Positions 50,299 to 61,991 of a stretch of 64,000 bases of DNA are shown piece by piece (within the stretch, counting starts at the first letter, position 1; every line of letters begins with the position of its first letter). The notes beneath the pieces are model-generated. The model did not search any database. It saw only the letters and a program-made list of their open reading frames with translations, and had not been told where the DNA came from. Both the position numbers and the translations under genes were made by a program. This DNA is from Escherichia coli. Its GTDB lineage: Bacteria > Pseudomonadota > Gammaproteobacteria > Enterobacterales > Enterobacteriaceae. The DNA is taken from NCBI RefSeq assembly GCF_024223415.1, contig NZ_CP100500.1. One strand, written 5' to 3'.

Positions 50299-50751
50299 AT
50301 GACTAACCTGTTTGTTCGTAGCGGAATTTCTTTTGTCGATCGTAGCGAAGTTTTAACCCATATCGGTAATGAGATGCTCGCCAAAGGTGTGGTTCATGAT
50401 ACCTGGCCACAGGCATTAATTGCCAGAGAAGCAGAATTCCCTACCGGGATAATGCTTGAGCAGCACGCTATTGCAATACCGCATTGTGAGGCGATTCATG
50501 CTAAGTCGTCAGCCATTTATCTGTTAAGGCCAACAAATAAAGTTCATTTTCAGCAAGCGGATGATGATAACGACGTGGCGGTATCGTTGGTTATTGCGTT
50601 GATTGTGGAAAATCCGCAGCAGCAATTGAAACTTTTACGCTGTTTATTTGGCAAGTTACAACAGCCCGATATCGTCGAGACACTAATCACTCTTCCTGAA
50701 ACCCAGTTAAAGGAATACTTCACAAAGTATGTTTTAGATTCAGACGAATAA
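50299..50751 (+). CDS. gatA: Galactitol PTS EIIA component
   Basis: 150-aa PTS EIIA-like. Confidence 0.9.
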   Translation: MTNLFVRSGISFVDRSEVLTHIGNEMLAKGVVHDTWPQALIAREAEFPTGIMLEQHAIAIPHCEAIHAKSSAIYLLRPTNKVHFQQADDDNDVAVSLVIALIVENPQQQLKLLRCLFGKLQQPDIVETLITLPETQLKEYFTKYVLDSDE

Positions 50752-50781
50752 ATCCCTCTGTAACAATAAAAAGGACTATTT

Positions 50782-51066
50782 ATGAAACGCAAGATTATTG
50801 TCGCTTGCGGAGGCGCGGTTGCGACCTCTACGATGGCGGCGGAAGAAATTAAAGAGTTGTGTCAGAATCATAATATTCCTGTTGAATTAATCCAGTGTCG
50901 GGTTAATGAAATAGAAACCTATATGGATGGTGTGCATTTGATATGCACCACTGCCAAAGTGGATCGTAGTTTTGGCGATATTCCGTTAGTTCACGGCATG
51001 CCTTTTATTTCTGGTATCGGTATCGAAGCATTACAAAATAAAATTCTGACTATCTTACAGGGGTGA
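50782..51066 (+). CDS. gatB: Galactitol PTS EIIB component
   Basis: 94-aa PTS EIIB-like with active-site Cys near N-terminus. Confidence 0.9.
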   Translation: MKRKIIVACGGAVATSTMAAEEIKELCQNHNIPVELIQCRVNEIETYMDGVHLICTTAKVDRSFGDIPLVHGMPFISGIGIEALQNKILTILQG

Positions 51067-51069
51067 CCT

Positions 51070-52425
51070 ATGTTTTCAGAAGTCATGCGTTATATTCTCG
51101 ACCTCGGCCCTACGGTGATGCTGCCGATTGTCATCATTATTTTTTCTAAAATATTAGGCATGAAGGCAGGCGATTGCTTTAAAGCGGGTCTGCATATCGG
51201 GATTGGCTTTGTTGGCATTGGCCTTGTGATTGGCTTAATGCTGGATTCCATTGGCCCGGCGGCGAAAGCGATGGCGGAAAATTTCGACCTGAATCTGCAT
51301 GTGGTCGATGTTGGCTGGCCGGGCTCTTCACCAATGACCTGGGCGTCGCAAATTGCGCTGGTGGCGATTCCGATTGCGATTCTGGTTAACGTGGCGATGT
51401 TACTGACCCGTATGACGCGGGTGGTAAATGTTGATATCTGGAATATCTGGCATATGACCTTCACCGGCGCGTTGCTGCATCTGGCAACCGGTTCATGGAT
51501 GATAGGGATGGCAGGTGTGGTAATTCACGCGGCGTTTGTTTATAAGCTCGGCGACTGGTTTGCCCGCGATACCCGAAATTTCTTTGAGCTGGAAGGTATT
51601 GCTATTCCGCACGGTACGTCGGCGTATATGGGGCCGATTGCGGTGCTGGTCGATGCTATCATCGAGAAAATCCCAGGCGTTAACCGAATTAAATTTAGCG
51701 CCGACGATATTCAGCGCAAATTTGGTCCATTTGGCGAGCCTGTCACCGTGGGTTTTGTGATGGGGCTGATTATCGGCATCCTCGCGGGTTACGATGTCAA
51801 AGGTGTATTGCAGCTGGCGGTAAAAACGGCGGCAGTGATGCTGCTAATGCCACGGGTGATTAAACCCATCATGGATGGTTTAACGCCCATCGCTAAGCAG
51901 GCTCGTAGTCGTTTACAGGCGAAGTTCGGCGGTCAGGAGTTCCTGATTGGCCTTGATCCGGCGTTGCTGCTGGGACATACGGCGGTGGTATCGGCAAGCC
52001 TGATTTTTATCCCACTCACCATTTTAATTGCTGTTTGTGTGCCGGGTAATCAGGTGCTGCCGTTTGGCGATCTTGCCACCATCGGCTTCTTCGTGGCGAT
52101 GGCGGTCGCCGTGCATCGTGGAAATCTGTTCCGCACCTTAATCTCGGGTGTCATCATTATGAGCATCACCCTGTGGATCGCGACGCAAACTATTGGTTTG
52201 CACACCCAACTGGCGGCTAATGCTGGGGCGTTAAAAGCCGGGGGTATGGTGGCTTCAATGGATCAGGGCGGTTCTCCCATTACCTGGTTACTGATTCAGG
52301 TTTTCTCCCCGCAAAATATTCCCGGTTTCATTATTATCGGTGCAATTTATCTGACCGGTATTTTCATGACCTGGCGTAGAGCGCGTGGCTTTATTAAACA
52401 AGAGAAAGTCGTTCTCGCAGAATAA
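51070..52425 (+). CDS. gatC: Galactitol PTS EIIC component
   Basis: 451-aa polytopic membrane protein. Confidence 0.9.
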   Translation: MFSEVMRYILDLGPTVMLPIVIIIFSKILGMKAGDCFKAGLHIGIGFVGIGLVIGLMLDSIGPAAKAMAENFDLNLHVVDVGWPGSSPMTWASQIALVAIPIAILVNVAMLLTRMTRVVNVDIWNIWHMTFTGALLHLATGSWMIGMAGVVIHAAFVYKLGDWFARDTRNFFELEGIAIPHGTSAYMGPIAVLVDAIIEKIPGVNRIKFSADDIQRKFGPFGEPVTVGFVMGLIIGILAGYDVKGVLQLAVKTAAVMLLMPRVIKPIMDGLTPIAKQARSRLQAKFGGQEFLIGLDPALLLGHTAVVSASLIFIPLTILIAVCVPGNQVLPFGDLATIGFFVAMAVAVHRGNLFRTLISGVIIMSITLWIATQTIGLHTQLAANAGALKAGGMVASMDQGGSPITWLLIQVFSPQNIPGFIIIGAIYLTGIFMTWRRARGFIKQEKVVLAE

Positions 52426-52472
52426 TTTTTACCTGAGGGGGAGGTTATCCCCCTTAACAATCAGGAGTTTTT

Positions 52473-53513
52473 ATGAAATCAGTGGTGAATGATACTGATG
52501 GTATCGTGCGCGTTGCAGAAAGCGTCATTCCTGAAATTAAACATCAGGATGAGGTGCGGGTAAAAATTGCCAGCTCGGGCTTATGTGGTTCCGATTTACC
52601 CAGGATATTTAAAAATGGTGCACATTATTATCCAATAACGTTAGGCCATGAATTTAGCGGCTATATTGATGCGGTGGGATCCGGTGTTGATGATTTACAC
52701 CCTGGCGATGCGGTTGCCTGTGTGCCGTTATTACCCTGTTTTACTTGTCCAGAGTGTCTGAAAGGGTTTTATTCCCAGTGCGCAAAATATGATTTTATTG
52801 GCTCGCGGCGTGATGGTGGATTTGCTGAATATATTGTCGTTAAGCGAAAAAATGTCTTTGCTCTACCCACGGATATGCCTATTGAGGATGGGGCTTTTAT
52901 TGAGCCGATTACCGTTGGTCTGCATGCTTTTCATTTAGCGCAAGGTTGTGAGAATAAAAACGTTATTATTATTGGTGCCGGAACCATTGGCCTGCTGGCC
53001 ATTCAGTGCGCTGTCGCGCTGGGAGCAAAGAGTGTGACGGCGATCGACATTAGTTCAGAAAAACTGGCACTGGCAAAATCTTTCGGTGCGATGCAAACAT
53101 TTAACAGTAGCGAAATGAGCGCGCCGCAAATGCAGAGCGTTTTACGCGAACTGCGCTTTAATCAGCTTATCCTCGAGACGGCTGGCGTACCGCAAACTGT
53201 CGAACTGGCGGTAGAGATTGCCGGTCCTCATGCCCAACTGGCGCTGGTGGGCACGTTGCATCAGGATCTGCATTTAACATCGGCAACGTTTGGCAAAATA
53301 TTGCGTAAAGAGCTGACGGTTATCGGCAGTTGGATGAACTACTCCAGCCCTTGGCCGGGGCAGGAGTGGGAAACGGCGAGCCGGTTGCTGACAGAACGTA
53401 AGTTAAGCCTGGAGCCATTAATCGCTCACCGTGGAAGCTTTGAAAGCTTCGCCCAGGCGGTGCGTGACATCGCTCGTAATGCTATGCCGGGCAAAGTGTT
53501 GCTCATTCCCTGA
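52473..53513 (+). CDS. gatD: Galactitol-1-phosphate 5-dehydrogenase
   Basis: Zn-dependent alcohol dehydrogenase family motifs (GHEFSG, Cys cluster CFTCPEC, GAGTIG). Confidence 0.9.
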   Translation: MKSVVNDTDGIVRVAESVIPEIKHQDEVRVKIASSGLCGSDLPRIFKNGAHYYPITLGHEFSGYIDAVGSGVDDLHPGDAVACVPLLPCFTCPECLKGFYSQCAKYDFIGSRRDGGFAEYIVVKRKNVFALPTDMPIEDGAFIEPITVGLHAFHLAQGCENKNVIIIGAGTIGLLAIQCAVALGAKSVTAIDISSEKLALAKSFGAMQTFNSSEMSAPQMQSVLRELRFNQLILETAGVPQTVELAVEIAGPHAQLALVGTLHQDLHLTSATFGKILRKELTVIGSWMNYSSPWPGQEWETASRLLTERKLSLEPLIAHRGSFESFAQAVRDIARNAMPGKVLLIP

Positions 53514-53618
53514 AACCGCGGGCCAGCGTGATGCTGGCCCGGTATTGTGCAAAACAGATCATTCACCAATGGTCCCCCTTCGTTTACACTAGCCACAATT
53601 GAATATGGGTAAATGACG

Positions 53619-54392
53619 ATGAATTCATTCGAGCGAAGGAATAAGATCATCCAATTAGTGAATGAACAGGGAACCGTGCTTGTTCAGGATCTGGCGGGAG
53701 TATTTGCTGCCTCGGAAGCGACAATCCGTGCCGATTTGCGCTTTCTCGAACAAAAAGGCGTGGTTACGCGCTTTCATGGCGGTGCGGCGAAAATAATGTC
53801 TGGTAATAGTGAAACCGAGACCCAGGAAGTCGGGTTTAAAGAGCGATTTCAGCTCGCCAGCGCGCCAAAAAACAGAATAGCGCAGGCGGCAGTCAAAATG
53901 ATCCACGAAGGGATGACCGTTATTCTCGACAGCGGAAGTACGACAATGCTTATCGCCGAAGGATTAATGACCGCCAAAAATATCACGGTGATTACCAACA
54001 GTCTCCCGGCAGCGTTTGCCCTTTCCGAAAATAAAGACATTACTCTGGTCGTCTGTGGTGGCACGGTCCGCCATAAAACGCGCTCGATGCATGGTTCCAT
54101 TGCCGAGCGTTCATTACAGGATATTAATGCCGATTTAATGTTTGTCGGTGCTGATGGTATTGATGCGGTTAATGGTATTACGACCTTTAATGAAGGTTAT
54201 TCTATTAGCGGTGCGATGGTCACAGCCGCTAATAAAGTGATTGCCGTTCTCGATTCATCGAAATTTAACCGTCGCGGTTTTAATCAGGTACTACCAATCG
54301 AAAAAATTGACATTATTATTACCGATGATGCTGTGTCAGAGGTGGATAAACTGGCATTGCAGAAGACGCGGGTAAAATTAATTACGGTGTAG
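53619..54392 (+). CDS. gatR: DeoR-family repressor GatR, apparently intact
   Basis: Uninterrupted DeoR-family ORF (HTH plus sugar-binding domain). Confidence 0.85.
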   Translation: MNSFERRNKIIQLVNEQGTVLVQDLAGVFAASEATIRADLRFLEQKGVVTRFHGGAAKIMSGNSETETQEVGFKERFQLASAPKNRIAQAAVKMIHEGMTVILDSGSTTMLIAEGLMTAKNITVITNSLPAAFALSENKDITLVVCGGTVRHKTRSMHGSIAERSLQDINADLMFVGADGIDAVNGITTFNEGYSISGAMVTAANKVIAVLDSSKFNRRGFNQVLPIEKIDIIITDDAVSEVDKLALQKTRVKLITV

Positions 54393-54405
54393 TATTGTTC
54401 TGTAT

Positions 54406-54435
54406 GCCGGATAAGGTGTTTACACCGCATCCGGC
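54406..54435. repeat. REP element
   Basis: gccggataaggtgtttacaccgcatccggc. Confidence 0.5.
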
Positions 54436-54473
54436 ATTACGGATTCTCCCTGGTTCAAGAGAGAATAGTTTGA

Positions 54474-55373
54474 TTAACGCAACAGTGGACAATCTGGTGG
54501 CAGACGGCAACGCAACGCTGCCGGAAGTATTTCAATATGAAAATTTTGCCCACTCAACGGTTCGCCATCAAGATTAAAGGTGATGTCGTGTGGTGCCTGA
54601 ATATCAAACCACGACGAAGCGCCTTCGATAATATTCGGGTTATCTTCGTCAGATTTTAAGGTTGATACGAGAGCCGGAAGTATTTCATCGCCGGTAAAAA
54701 TGCGCAGTTGCAGCAAGCCATCGTTAATTAACGCGTTCGGACACAATTGCTGACCGCCACCGGCCTGACGCCCGTTACCAATACCAATGACCAGGGCGTC
54801 ACCTTGCCAGTGAAAGTTTTCACCGCGGATTTCACAACGGTCCGGTTGCAGAGTATCCATGCGCATTAAGCCATGAATGATGTAAGAGACGCCACCCAGC
54901 GCGGCTTTTAATTTTTCCGGCGTTTCTGTGGTAATACGCGTCCCAAATCCGCCTGTCGCCATATTAATAAAACAGGTTTGTTTGTTGACCTGCGCCATAT
55001 CTATCGCAATGGCGTTACCGGCAATTGCCAGTTTCAGCGCCTTATCCAGTGCCTCAGGAATCCCTACACTGGTGGCAAAATCATTGGCGGTTCCTAATGG
55101 CAAAATTCCCAGCGCGGGTATGTCATCCCCCTCACACTGAATCAACGCCGTAGAAACTTCATTAATGGTGCCATCGCCACCACCGGCAATCACCGTTGCG
55201 ACGCCCAACTTCCGGGCCTCCTCTACATATCGTGCGGCATCGCCTTTCTCCCAGGTGACCCGCACATGGATCGTCATTCCTTCCTCACGCAACAGCATAA
55301 TTGCTTCGCGCAAGGGTAAATTGTCAGTACTTTTGCCATTAAGAATCAGTAAGCTGGCGGGAAATTCTGCCAT
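54474..55373 (-). CDS. yegS: Lipid kinase YegS (DAG kinase-like)
   Basis: 299-aa protein beginning [15 protein letters not shown] with GGDGT motif; internal start chosen. Confidence 0.88.
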   Translation of the reverse strand: MAEFPASLLILNGKSTDNLPLREAIMLLREEGMTIHVRVTWEKGDAARYVEEARKLGVATVIAGGGDGTINEVSTALIQCEGDDIPALGILPLGTANDFATSVGIPEALDKALKLAIAGNAIAIDMAQVNKQTCFINMATGGFGTRITTETPEKLKAALGGVSYIIHGLMRMDTLQPDRCEIRGENFHWQGDALVIGIGNGRQAGGGQQLCPNALINDGLLQLRIFTGDEILPALVSTLKSDEDNPNIIEGASSWFDIQAPHDITFNLDGEPLSGQNFHIEILPAALRCRLPPDCPLLR

Positions 55374-55777
55374 GATCGTATGTGCCTTTATGATTGGTCT
55401 GTAGATAGTGTAGAGCAGAAAAGAAAAGGTGGAGTCAGAACAGGATGAAAGTCGGAGGATAAAAGTCAGTTCAAGTATGGAGGATTCAGTGGTTACCACC
55501 AGGAGCTTGCAATGGGGACAGCGAATACTAACGGCAGCCACCGATAAATTTCAAAAAAGAGAATATACCTAATATTCAACTAAACGGTGGCATCTTCAAT
55601 ATAATATATTAAAGCCCTCATGGAGTTACCCGGAAGGGCCTCCATGTCCGTAATTCCTACTTATGTAGGAAATGTTGTACAGAACATTTATTATAATCCT
55701 ATTCAATTATAATAATCATGCCATTATTATATTTAAACACTAGAGAGTGTCGTTGGTATTTAATGGGGGAAGGTGAG

Positions 55778-56095
55778 ATGAAAAAGATAGCTGCTATATC
55801 ATTAATTAGTATTTTTATTATGTCTGGTTGTGCTGTGCATAATGATGAGACAAGTATCGGTAAATTTGGTCTTGCATATAAAAGTAATATTCAGCGTAAA
55901 CTCGATAACCAATACTACACCGAAGCCGAAGCTTCTTTAGCCAGGGGTAGAATATCTGGTGCAGAAAATATAGTAAAAAATGATGCAACTCATTTCTGTG
56001 TTACTCAGGGCAAAAAAATGCAAATAGTTGAGCTGAAGACAGAAGGTGTAGGATTACATGGTGTCGCTCGTCTGACATTCAAATGTGGAGAGTGA
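55778..56095 (+). CDS. yegR: Small lipoprotein YegR
   Basis: 105-aa ORF with signal peptide and lipobox (IMSGC); AT-rich context. Confidence 0.7.
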   Translation: MKKIAAISLISIFIMSGCAVHNDETSIGKFGLAYKSNIQRKLDNQYYTEAEASLARGRISGAENIVKNDATHFCVTQGKKMQIVELKTEGVGLHGVARLTFKCGE

Positions 56096-56253
56096 GAATA
56101 TTTTTTGGTAAGCGTCAAATATGCGCTTTCTGGCTGTGCGTAGCCGGAACCTGTGGGAGCACGATGCCGATAAGTGAAAGGCATCGTGCTATGAAGGAGG
56201 ATTCTATCGATGTGGTCAATGGAAGACGGTTACCAGAGATAGGGCTTATGCAT

Positions 56254-56340
56254 AAAAAAATAAGCCCGTGTAAGGGAGATTACACAGGCTAAGGAGGTGG
56301 TTCCTGGTACAGCTAGCATTTTATGGGTTATGTTTTTCAG
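56254..56340 (-). ncRNA. cyaR: CyaR (RyeE) Hfq-dependent small RNA
   Basis: Reverse complement reads gctgaaaaacataacccataaaatgctagctgtaccaggaaccacctccttagcctgtgtaatctcccttacacgggcttattttttt, matching remembered CyaR with terminator hairpin. Confidence 0.8.
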
Positions 56341-56425
56341 CGAAACGGATGATAACCTTAATAAATGCAGCTGTATGTGATCGGTTTCTAAGAATTTTCC
56401 ATCCGGGAAAAATAATCGAAATTAA

Positions 56426-57787
56426 TCACTTACCGTGTGGGTTACGCGTGGTTTCCCCGGAGAAATTACGCATCAGCAGAGCGTAATTGAGCTCAAGATC
56501 CTGCGGGACCGGGAGCCACACAGTATAACCATCGCCTGGTGCGACCGGCATCGCTTCACCTTTGGCGTTTTCCATGTGCTCAAGGGTAAAGTTAATGTTG
56601 CCTTGCGGCGTCATCAGCTCAAGGCTGTCGCCAACGGAGAATTTATTTTTCACCGCTACCGCCGCGAGGTCCCCCTTGCGCTCACCGGTAAACTCACCAA
56701 CAAACTGCTGGCGGTCAGAAACTGAATAACCGTATTCGTAGTTCTGATAATCGTCGTGAGTATGACGACGCAGGAAACCTTCGGTATAGCCACGATGCGC
56801 CAGACCTTCCAGAGTTTCCAGCAGGCTGGTATCGAACGGTTTGCCCGCAGCGGCGTCATCGATAGCTTTACGGTAAACCTGTGCGGTGCGTGCGCAATAG
56901 TAGAAAGATTTAGTACGGCCTTCGATTTTCAGCGAATGCACGCCCATTTTGGTCAGGCGTTCTACATGGGCGATGGCGCGCAGATCTTTCGAGTTCATGA
57001 TGTAAGTGCCGTGCTCATCTTCAAACGCGGTCATATACTCGCCCGGACGCTGGGCTTCTTCGATCATAAACACTTTGTCGGTTGGCGCGCCGATACCCAG
57101 CGTCGGCTCAACATTTTGCACCGGAATCGGCTCGTACTTGTGTACGATGTTGCCAACGTCATCTTCTTTCCCTTCCTGGACGTTGTACTCCCAGCGGCAG
57201 GCGTTGGTGCAGGTACCCTGGTTCGGATCGCGCTTGTTGATATAGCCAGAGAGCAGGCAGCGACCGGAGTAGGCCATGCACAGTGCGCCGTGAACGAAGA
57301 TCTCGATCTCCATATCCGGCACCTGATTGCGGATCTCTTCAATCTCTTCCAGCGACAGCTCGCGAGAGAGGATCACGCGGGTCAGGCCCATTTGCTGCCA
57401 GAATTTCACCGTCGCCCAGTTTACGGCGTTAGCCTGCACCGAGAGGTGGATCGGCATTTCAGGGAAGTGCTCACGCACCAGCATAATCAGCCCTGGATCG
57501 GACATAATCAGCGCATCCGGCCCCATTTCCACCACCGGTTTCAGGTCACGGATAAAGGTTTTCAGCTTGGCGTTGTGCGGTGCAATGTTGACCACGACAT
57601 AAAACTTTTTCCCCAGCGCGTGGGCTTCATTGATGCCGAGCTGAAGATTTTCGTGGTTGAATTCGTTGTTGCGCACACGCAGGGAGTAACGCGGCTGGCC
57701 CGCATAAACAGCATCTGCGCCATAAGCGAAAGCGTAACGCATATTTTTCAGCGTTCCCGCCGGGGAAAGGAGTTCCGGTTTAAACAT
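56426..57787 (-). CDS. yegQ: Peptidase U32-family protein YegQ
   Basis: 453-aa ORF with U32-family sequence. Confidence 0.88.
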   Translation of the reverse strand: MFKPELLSPAGTLKNMRYAFAYGADAVYAGQPRYSLRVRNNEFNHENLQLGINEAHALGKKFYVVVNIAPHNAKLKTFIRDLKPVVEMGPDALIMSDPGLIMLVREHFPEMPIHLSVQANAVNWATVKFWQQMGLTRVILSRELSLEEIEEIRNQVPDMEIEIFVHGALCMAYSGRCLLSGYINKRDPNQGTCTNACRWEYNVQEGKEDDVGNIVHKYEPIPVQNVEPTLGIGAPTDKVFMIEEAQRPGEYMTAFEDEHGTYIMNSKDLRAIAHVERLTKMGVHSLKIEGRTKSFYYCARTAQVYRKAIDDAAAGKPFDTSLLETLEGLAHRGYTEGFLRRHTHDDYQNYEYGYSVSDRQQFVGEFTGERKGDLAAVAVKNKFSVGDSLELMTPQGNINFTLEHMENAKGEAMPVAPGDGYTVWLPVPQDLELNYALLMRNFSGETTRNPHGK

Positions 57788-57933
57788 AATTCTCTCGTTC
57801 TGATGACAGGTCAGATCCGCTTCACCTGATGAAGCGGTTAGGGGAGTGCCCCCACTTTAAGGGCGGGCATTGTAGCGCTGTGGGGGGATCTGGTAAAGCG
57901 CCGGACGCCAACAACCCACGCCCGGCATCGTAA

Positions 57934-58266
57934 TTACGTATTGTCTTTCACCGTCTGGCTTGTGCCATTGGCTTTAACGGAGGCAATTCCGGTTTCACGA
58001 GATTGCGCGGTGGCGTACATCTGGCTGGAGCCGATAATTTGATGATTAGCGGCTTTCAGATTGAAATAGAATTTGCCGTTACTTGCCGTTTTTTTCTCAT
58101 AGCGTTCTTCTTGCGGGCTGTTGCTACGCACCGACGCGATGCCCTTTTCCGCAGAGGCTTTTGAGGTATAAAGCTCGCTGGTGAGGATAGTCTCACCATT
58201 GCCCGCTTTTAGCACAAACCGGAACTGATTATCACTGCTCTTACTGAGTTCAAACCAACCAGCCAT
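57934..58266 (-). CDS. yegP: DUF1508 tandem-domain protein YegP
   Basis: 110-aa protein beginning MAGWFELSKSSDNQFRFVLKAGNGE with an internal repeat of the same domain. Confidence 0.85.
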   Translation of the reverse strand: MAGWFELSKSSDNQFRFVLKAGNGETILTSELYTSKASAEKGIASVRSNSPQEERYEKKTASNGKFYFNLKAANHQIIGSSQMYATAQSRETGIASVKANGTSQTVKDNT

Positions 58267-58456
58267 AATGACTCCTTGATTGAAATTGTGTATCGAAAAC
58301 AGCATCTAAAGGTGCTGTTTACCGATTAAAGTATGAGCGATTTTCTGATGCCTGCCAGGGCGGAGAGATAATGTCAGTTTGCTGACCATGCGTGGGATAA
58401 TGTTGCCGGATCTGGTCTGAACGCCATCTCCGGCTAACAAAATAATGTCGCTAAAA

Positions 58457-59179
58457 CTAAACGATGCGGCAGGCGTCGGCTTCCCAGCGGTAACCGACGC
58501 CATAAACGGCGCGGATAAATGACTGTTCGGCGTCGAGAGATTCCAGCTTGCGGCGCAGGTTTTTAATGTGGCTGTCGATGGTGCGGTCGGTTACTACGCG
58601 GTAGTCGTCATAAAGATGATTGAGCAATTGCTCGCGGGAGAACACTTTTCCTGGTTCGTGAGAGAGCGTTTTCAGCAGACGAAATTCCGCAGGCGTCAGG
58701 TCAAGCATTTTACCGCGCCATGAAGCCTGAAAACGACCTTCGTCGATAATCAACGGGCTTTCAGCATCCTGTTGCTGCAACTCGCGCTGCGGTTTGCAAC
58801 GGCGCAAAATGGTTTTGACGCGCGCTACCACTTCCCGTGGGCTGTACGGCTTACAGATATAATCATCTGCGCCAATCTCCAGCCCCAGCAGGCGATCGAT
58901 CTCTTCGATTTTTGCCGTCACCATCACGATCGGAATGTCAGAAAAACGACGAATTTCCCGGCACAGCGTCAGGCCATCGGTGCCAGGGAGCATCAGATCT
59001 AACAGGATCAGATCCGGTGGTGTCTGGCGCACATACGGCAGTACCTGATCGCCGTGGCTGATAAGCGTCGGCGCATAGCTCGCAGCACGCAGATAATCAA
59101 TGAGCAACTGCCCCAGCTTCGGTTCATCTTCCACGATCAAAATACGCGGTGTGTTTTCGTCGATTGGTAACTCGGTCAT
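58457..59179 (-). CDS. baeR: OmpR-family response regulator BaeR
   Basis: Receiver domain (ILIVEDEP...) plus winged-helix C-terminus; overlaps baeS stop. Confidence 0.92.
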
Positions 59180-60579
59180 ACTTCTCTCTGTAAATCCCGT
59201 TCCAGCGGTAACTCTACTGTAATGCTTACCCCGCCAAAAGGCGAATGGGCAGCAATAATGCGACCATTATGTGCTTCAACAATGTTCAGGCAAATCGCCA
59301 GCCCCAGCCCGGAACCGCCGCTGGCACGGTTGCGGGAACCTTCGGTGCGATAAAAACGTTCAAACAATTTTTGTAGCTGATCGTCACTGACACCTGGCGC
59401 ACTGTCGGCAAAGGTCAGGCGCACCGTTTTGTCGCGCTGCCCGGCAGAGATTTGCAGGCTGCCGCCGCTGTCAGTGTAGCGCAGGCTGTTTTCCAGTAAG
59501 TTATTGAATAACTGCATTAAACGGTCGCGATCGCCAAATACGGTAATACTGTCTGGCAGGGAAAATTGCAGTTTCAGGCCACGACTGGCGAATCGTTCGC
59601 GAAATGCGCCGCCCGCCACTTCCAGCAGTGGGATCAAATCTACCGGTGCTTTTTGATAGGCGAGAGCGCCTTCATCAGACATCGACAACTGATGGAGATC
59701 GTCAACCAGTTTGGTCAGTGTACCGACCTCCGCCTGTAAAGACGCCACCGTCTCCGGCGTGAATTTACGCACGCCATCCTGAATGGCTTCCAGTTCACCG
59801 CGCAGCACCGCTAATGGCGTACGCAGTTCGTGAGAAATATCGGCCATAAAATCGCGCCGCATTTGCTGGTTTTTCTCCAGTGTGCTGGCAAGCTGGTTGA
59901 AGTCTTGCGCCAGTTTGCCCAGTTCATCTTCACTGGTGGGCGTTACGCGGGTAGTGAAATCGCCCGCCGCCAGTTTGTGCGTGCCATCGACAAGTCGTTT
60001 TACCGGTGCCAGTAAACCGCGCGCCAGCAGAAAAGTGGCAAGTGCCGCGAGTAACGTTGCCAGGGCGACAATCAACCAGCTGGTTTGCCGCTGTTGTTTA
60101 TCGAAATTGATATCAGTATTGCGCGTTAACCGCTCAACGGGGGAGGCGATCACCGCGCCAACTTCCGCACCGTTGACCAGAATGGGTCGCCGTGTACCGT
60201 CAGGTGGAATCGGCGCTCGCGGACCAACCAGCACTTTGTTGTTTTGATCAACCACCCAGAACTGGGTACGCCAGCCGTGCGGTGGCATACCCGGGCCGGG
60301 TTTATCTTCCGAATTATCGTGTTCAAATGAACGCAGGATCTGAAAGACAAAGCGATCATTGTTGCGCAGGAAGCGCCAGTTGCCATGCTGCGCATACTGC
60401 TCGCCAAGCGCATCACTTAACAGTTGTAATCGCTGTTCATTACCATGCTTGATGTAATCAATAAAGCCACGCTCAAAACTGATACGCACCGCCCAGTGCA
60501 TACTGATCAGCAAGACAATGCAGGTGGCGAAAATCGCCAGAAACAGTTTGCCGGTAATACCGGGTCGCCAGAACTTCAT
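59176..60579 (-). CDS. baeS: Sensor histidine kinase BaeS
   Basis: HAMP, H-box (HELRTPL) and HATPase motifs. Confidence 0.92.
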
Positions 60580-61991
60580 TGCGCGCTCCTTTTTCGCCGC
60601 GAAATAGCTACATTTTGATGCGTATCGTTCGGCACTCTGGCAAAGATGAACGCCGGAAGGGCGATGATCAACGCCATGCTAAGCCAGGTGTACATAAAGA
60701 CGGTTTGTGTGGTGCCGCTGTCGACGCTGACATGCTGTGAACCAAAAAGTCCCAGCAACAGCCCGGCGATAGTGACGCCGATACTCATCGACAATTGCAT
60801 AATCATCGACAGCAGGCTGTTGCCGCTGCTCGCCAGATTGTCCGGGAGATCTTTCAGCGTCAGGGTGTTCATGGAGGAGAAACGCGTCGAGTTGACCATC
60901 CCTTGTAAAAACAGGACGAACGGCAAAACGTAGTACCAGCCCAGCAGGGCGGTAGTCATAAACAACAGGGTGACCAGCGACAGACCCAGCGTGGTCGCTA
61001 CCAGTACCCGACGATAACCAAAGCGATTCACCACCTGTACCACAATTCGCTTCATTCCCATGCTGCCAAGCACCATCGGGATCATCATCAGTCCGGCATG
61101 AAACGGCGAGAAACCGAGGCCAATTTGCAGGAAAACCGGTGTCATAAAGGGCAACATGCCACTGCCAATACGTCCGGCAAAGCTCCCCGCCAGGCCCAGC
61201 GAAAAGGTACGAGTACGGAACAGTTTCAGACTGAACAGGGCACGGTTGTTATTTCTGGCGTGCAGCAGATAAAGCACCAGTGCCACCACGCCAACTGCGA
61301 CCAGGCCTGCAATCGTCAGCGGCGATAAACCTGTACCTTTACTGCCGTCCAGCGCCAGGGTTAATACCGCCATGCCAACCGCCAGCAATAAAAATCCGGA
61401 GAGATCAAAGCGCCGCGTCTGCATGGTGTAGTTTGGCATTAACAGCAATGTGGCGATCGCACCGATAATCCCCACCGGAATGTTGATCAAAAAGATACAG
61501 TGCCACGATGCGTACTCCACCAGCAGACCGCCGAGCGCCGGACCGAGCAGCGGACCGACCTGACCGGGTAACGTGACAAAGGTCATCGCCGCCATATATT
61601 GCTCGCGCGGTACGATTTTCATCACCGTCAATCTGCCGACCGGCACCATCATCGCGCCGCCAACGCCCTGTAACGCGCGTGCCAGCAACAGTTCGTTCAG
61701 CGTGCCGGAAAGCGCGCAAAACAGTGAACCGAGAGTAAACAGCACGATGGCGGTAAAGAAAATATTGCGCACGCCGACTTTGTCCGCCAGCCAGCCGCTG
61801 GCGGGCAGCATCACCGCCACGGTCAGCACATAAGAGACAATGACCATGTGCATATGCAACGGACTTTCCCCGAGGCTTTGCGCCATTGAGGGAAGGGCGG
61901 TGTTTACGATGGTGGTGTCCAGCGACTGCATAAAGAAGCCGAAAGCCACAATCCACAATTGCCAACGGGTGCTGTCGGGAAGATCTGTCAT
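60576..61991 (-). CDS. mdtD: MFS-type multidrug transporter MdtD
   Basis: 471-aa 14-TM-like MFS protein; overlaps baeS start. Confidence 0.9.
   Translation of the reverse strand: MTDLPDSTRWQLWIVAFGFFMQSLDTTIVNTALPSMAQSLGESPLHMHMVIVSYVLTVAVMLPASGWLADKVGVRNIFFTAIVLFTLGSLFCALSGTLNELLLARALQGVGGAMMVPVGRLTVMKIVPREQYMAAMTFVTLPGQVGPLLGPALGGLLVEYASWHCIFLINIPVGIIGAIATLLLMPNYTMQTRRFDLSGFLLLAVGMAVLTLALDGSKGTGLSPLTIAGLVAVGVVALVLYLLHARNNNRALFSLKLFRTRTFSLGLAGSFAGRIGSGMLPFMTPVFLQIGLGFSPFHAGLMMIPMVLGSMGMKRIVVQVVNRFGYRRVLVATTLGLSLVTLLFMTTALLGWYYVLPFVLFLQGMVNSTRFSSMNTLTLKDLPDNLASSGNSLLSMIMQLSMSIGVTIAGLLLGLFGSQHVSVDSGTTQTVFMYTWLSMALIIALPAFIFARVPNDTHQNVAISRRKRSAQ

Noticed and set aside
56083-56292. 69-aa plus-strand ORF
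   Set aside because: Overlaps the CyaR sRNA locus on the opposite strand and lacks an RBS.
56756-57829. 357-aa plus-strand ORF
   Set aside because: Antisense to yegQ; typical long antisense frame in a GC-rich gene.
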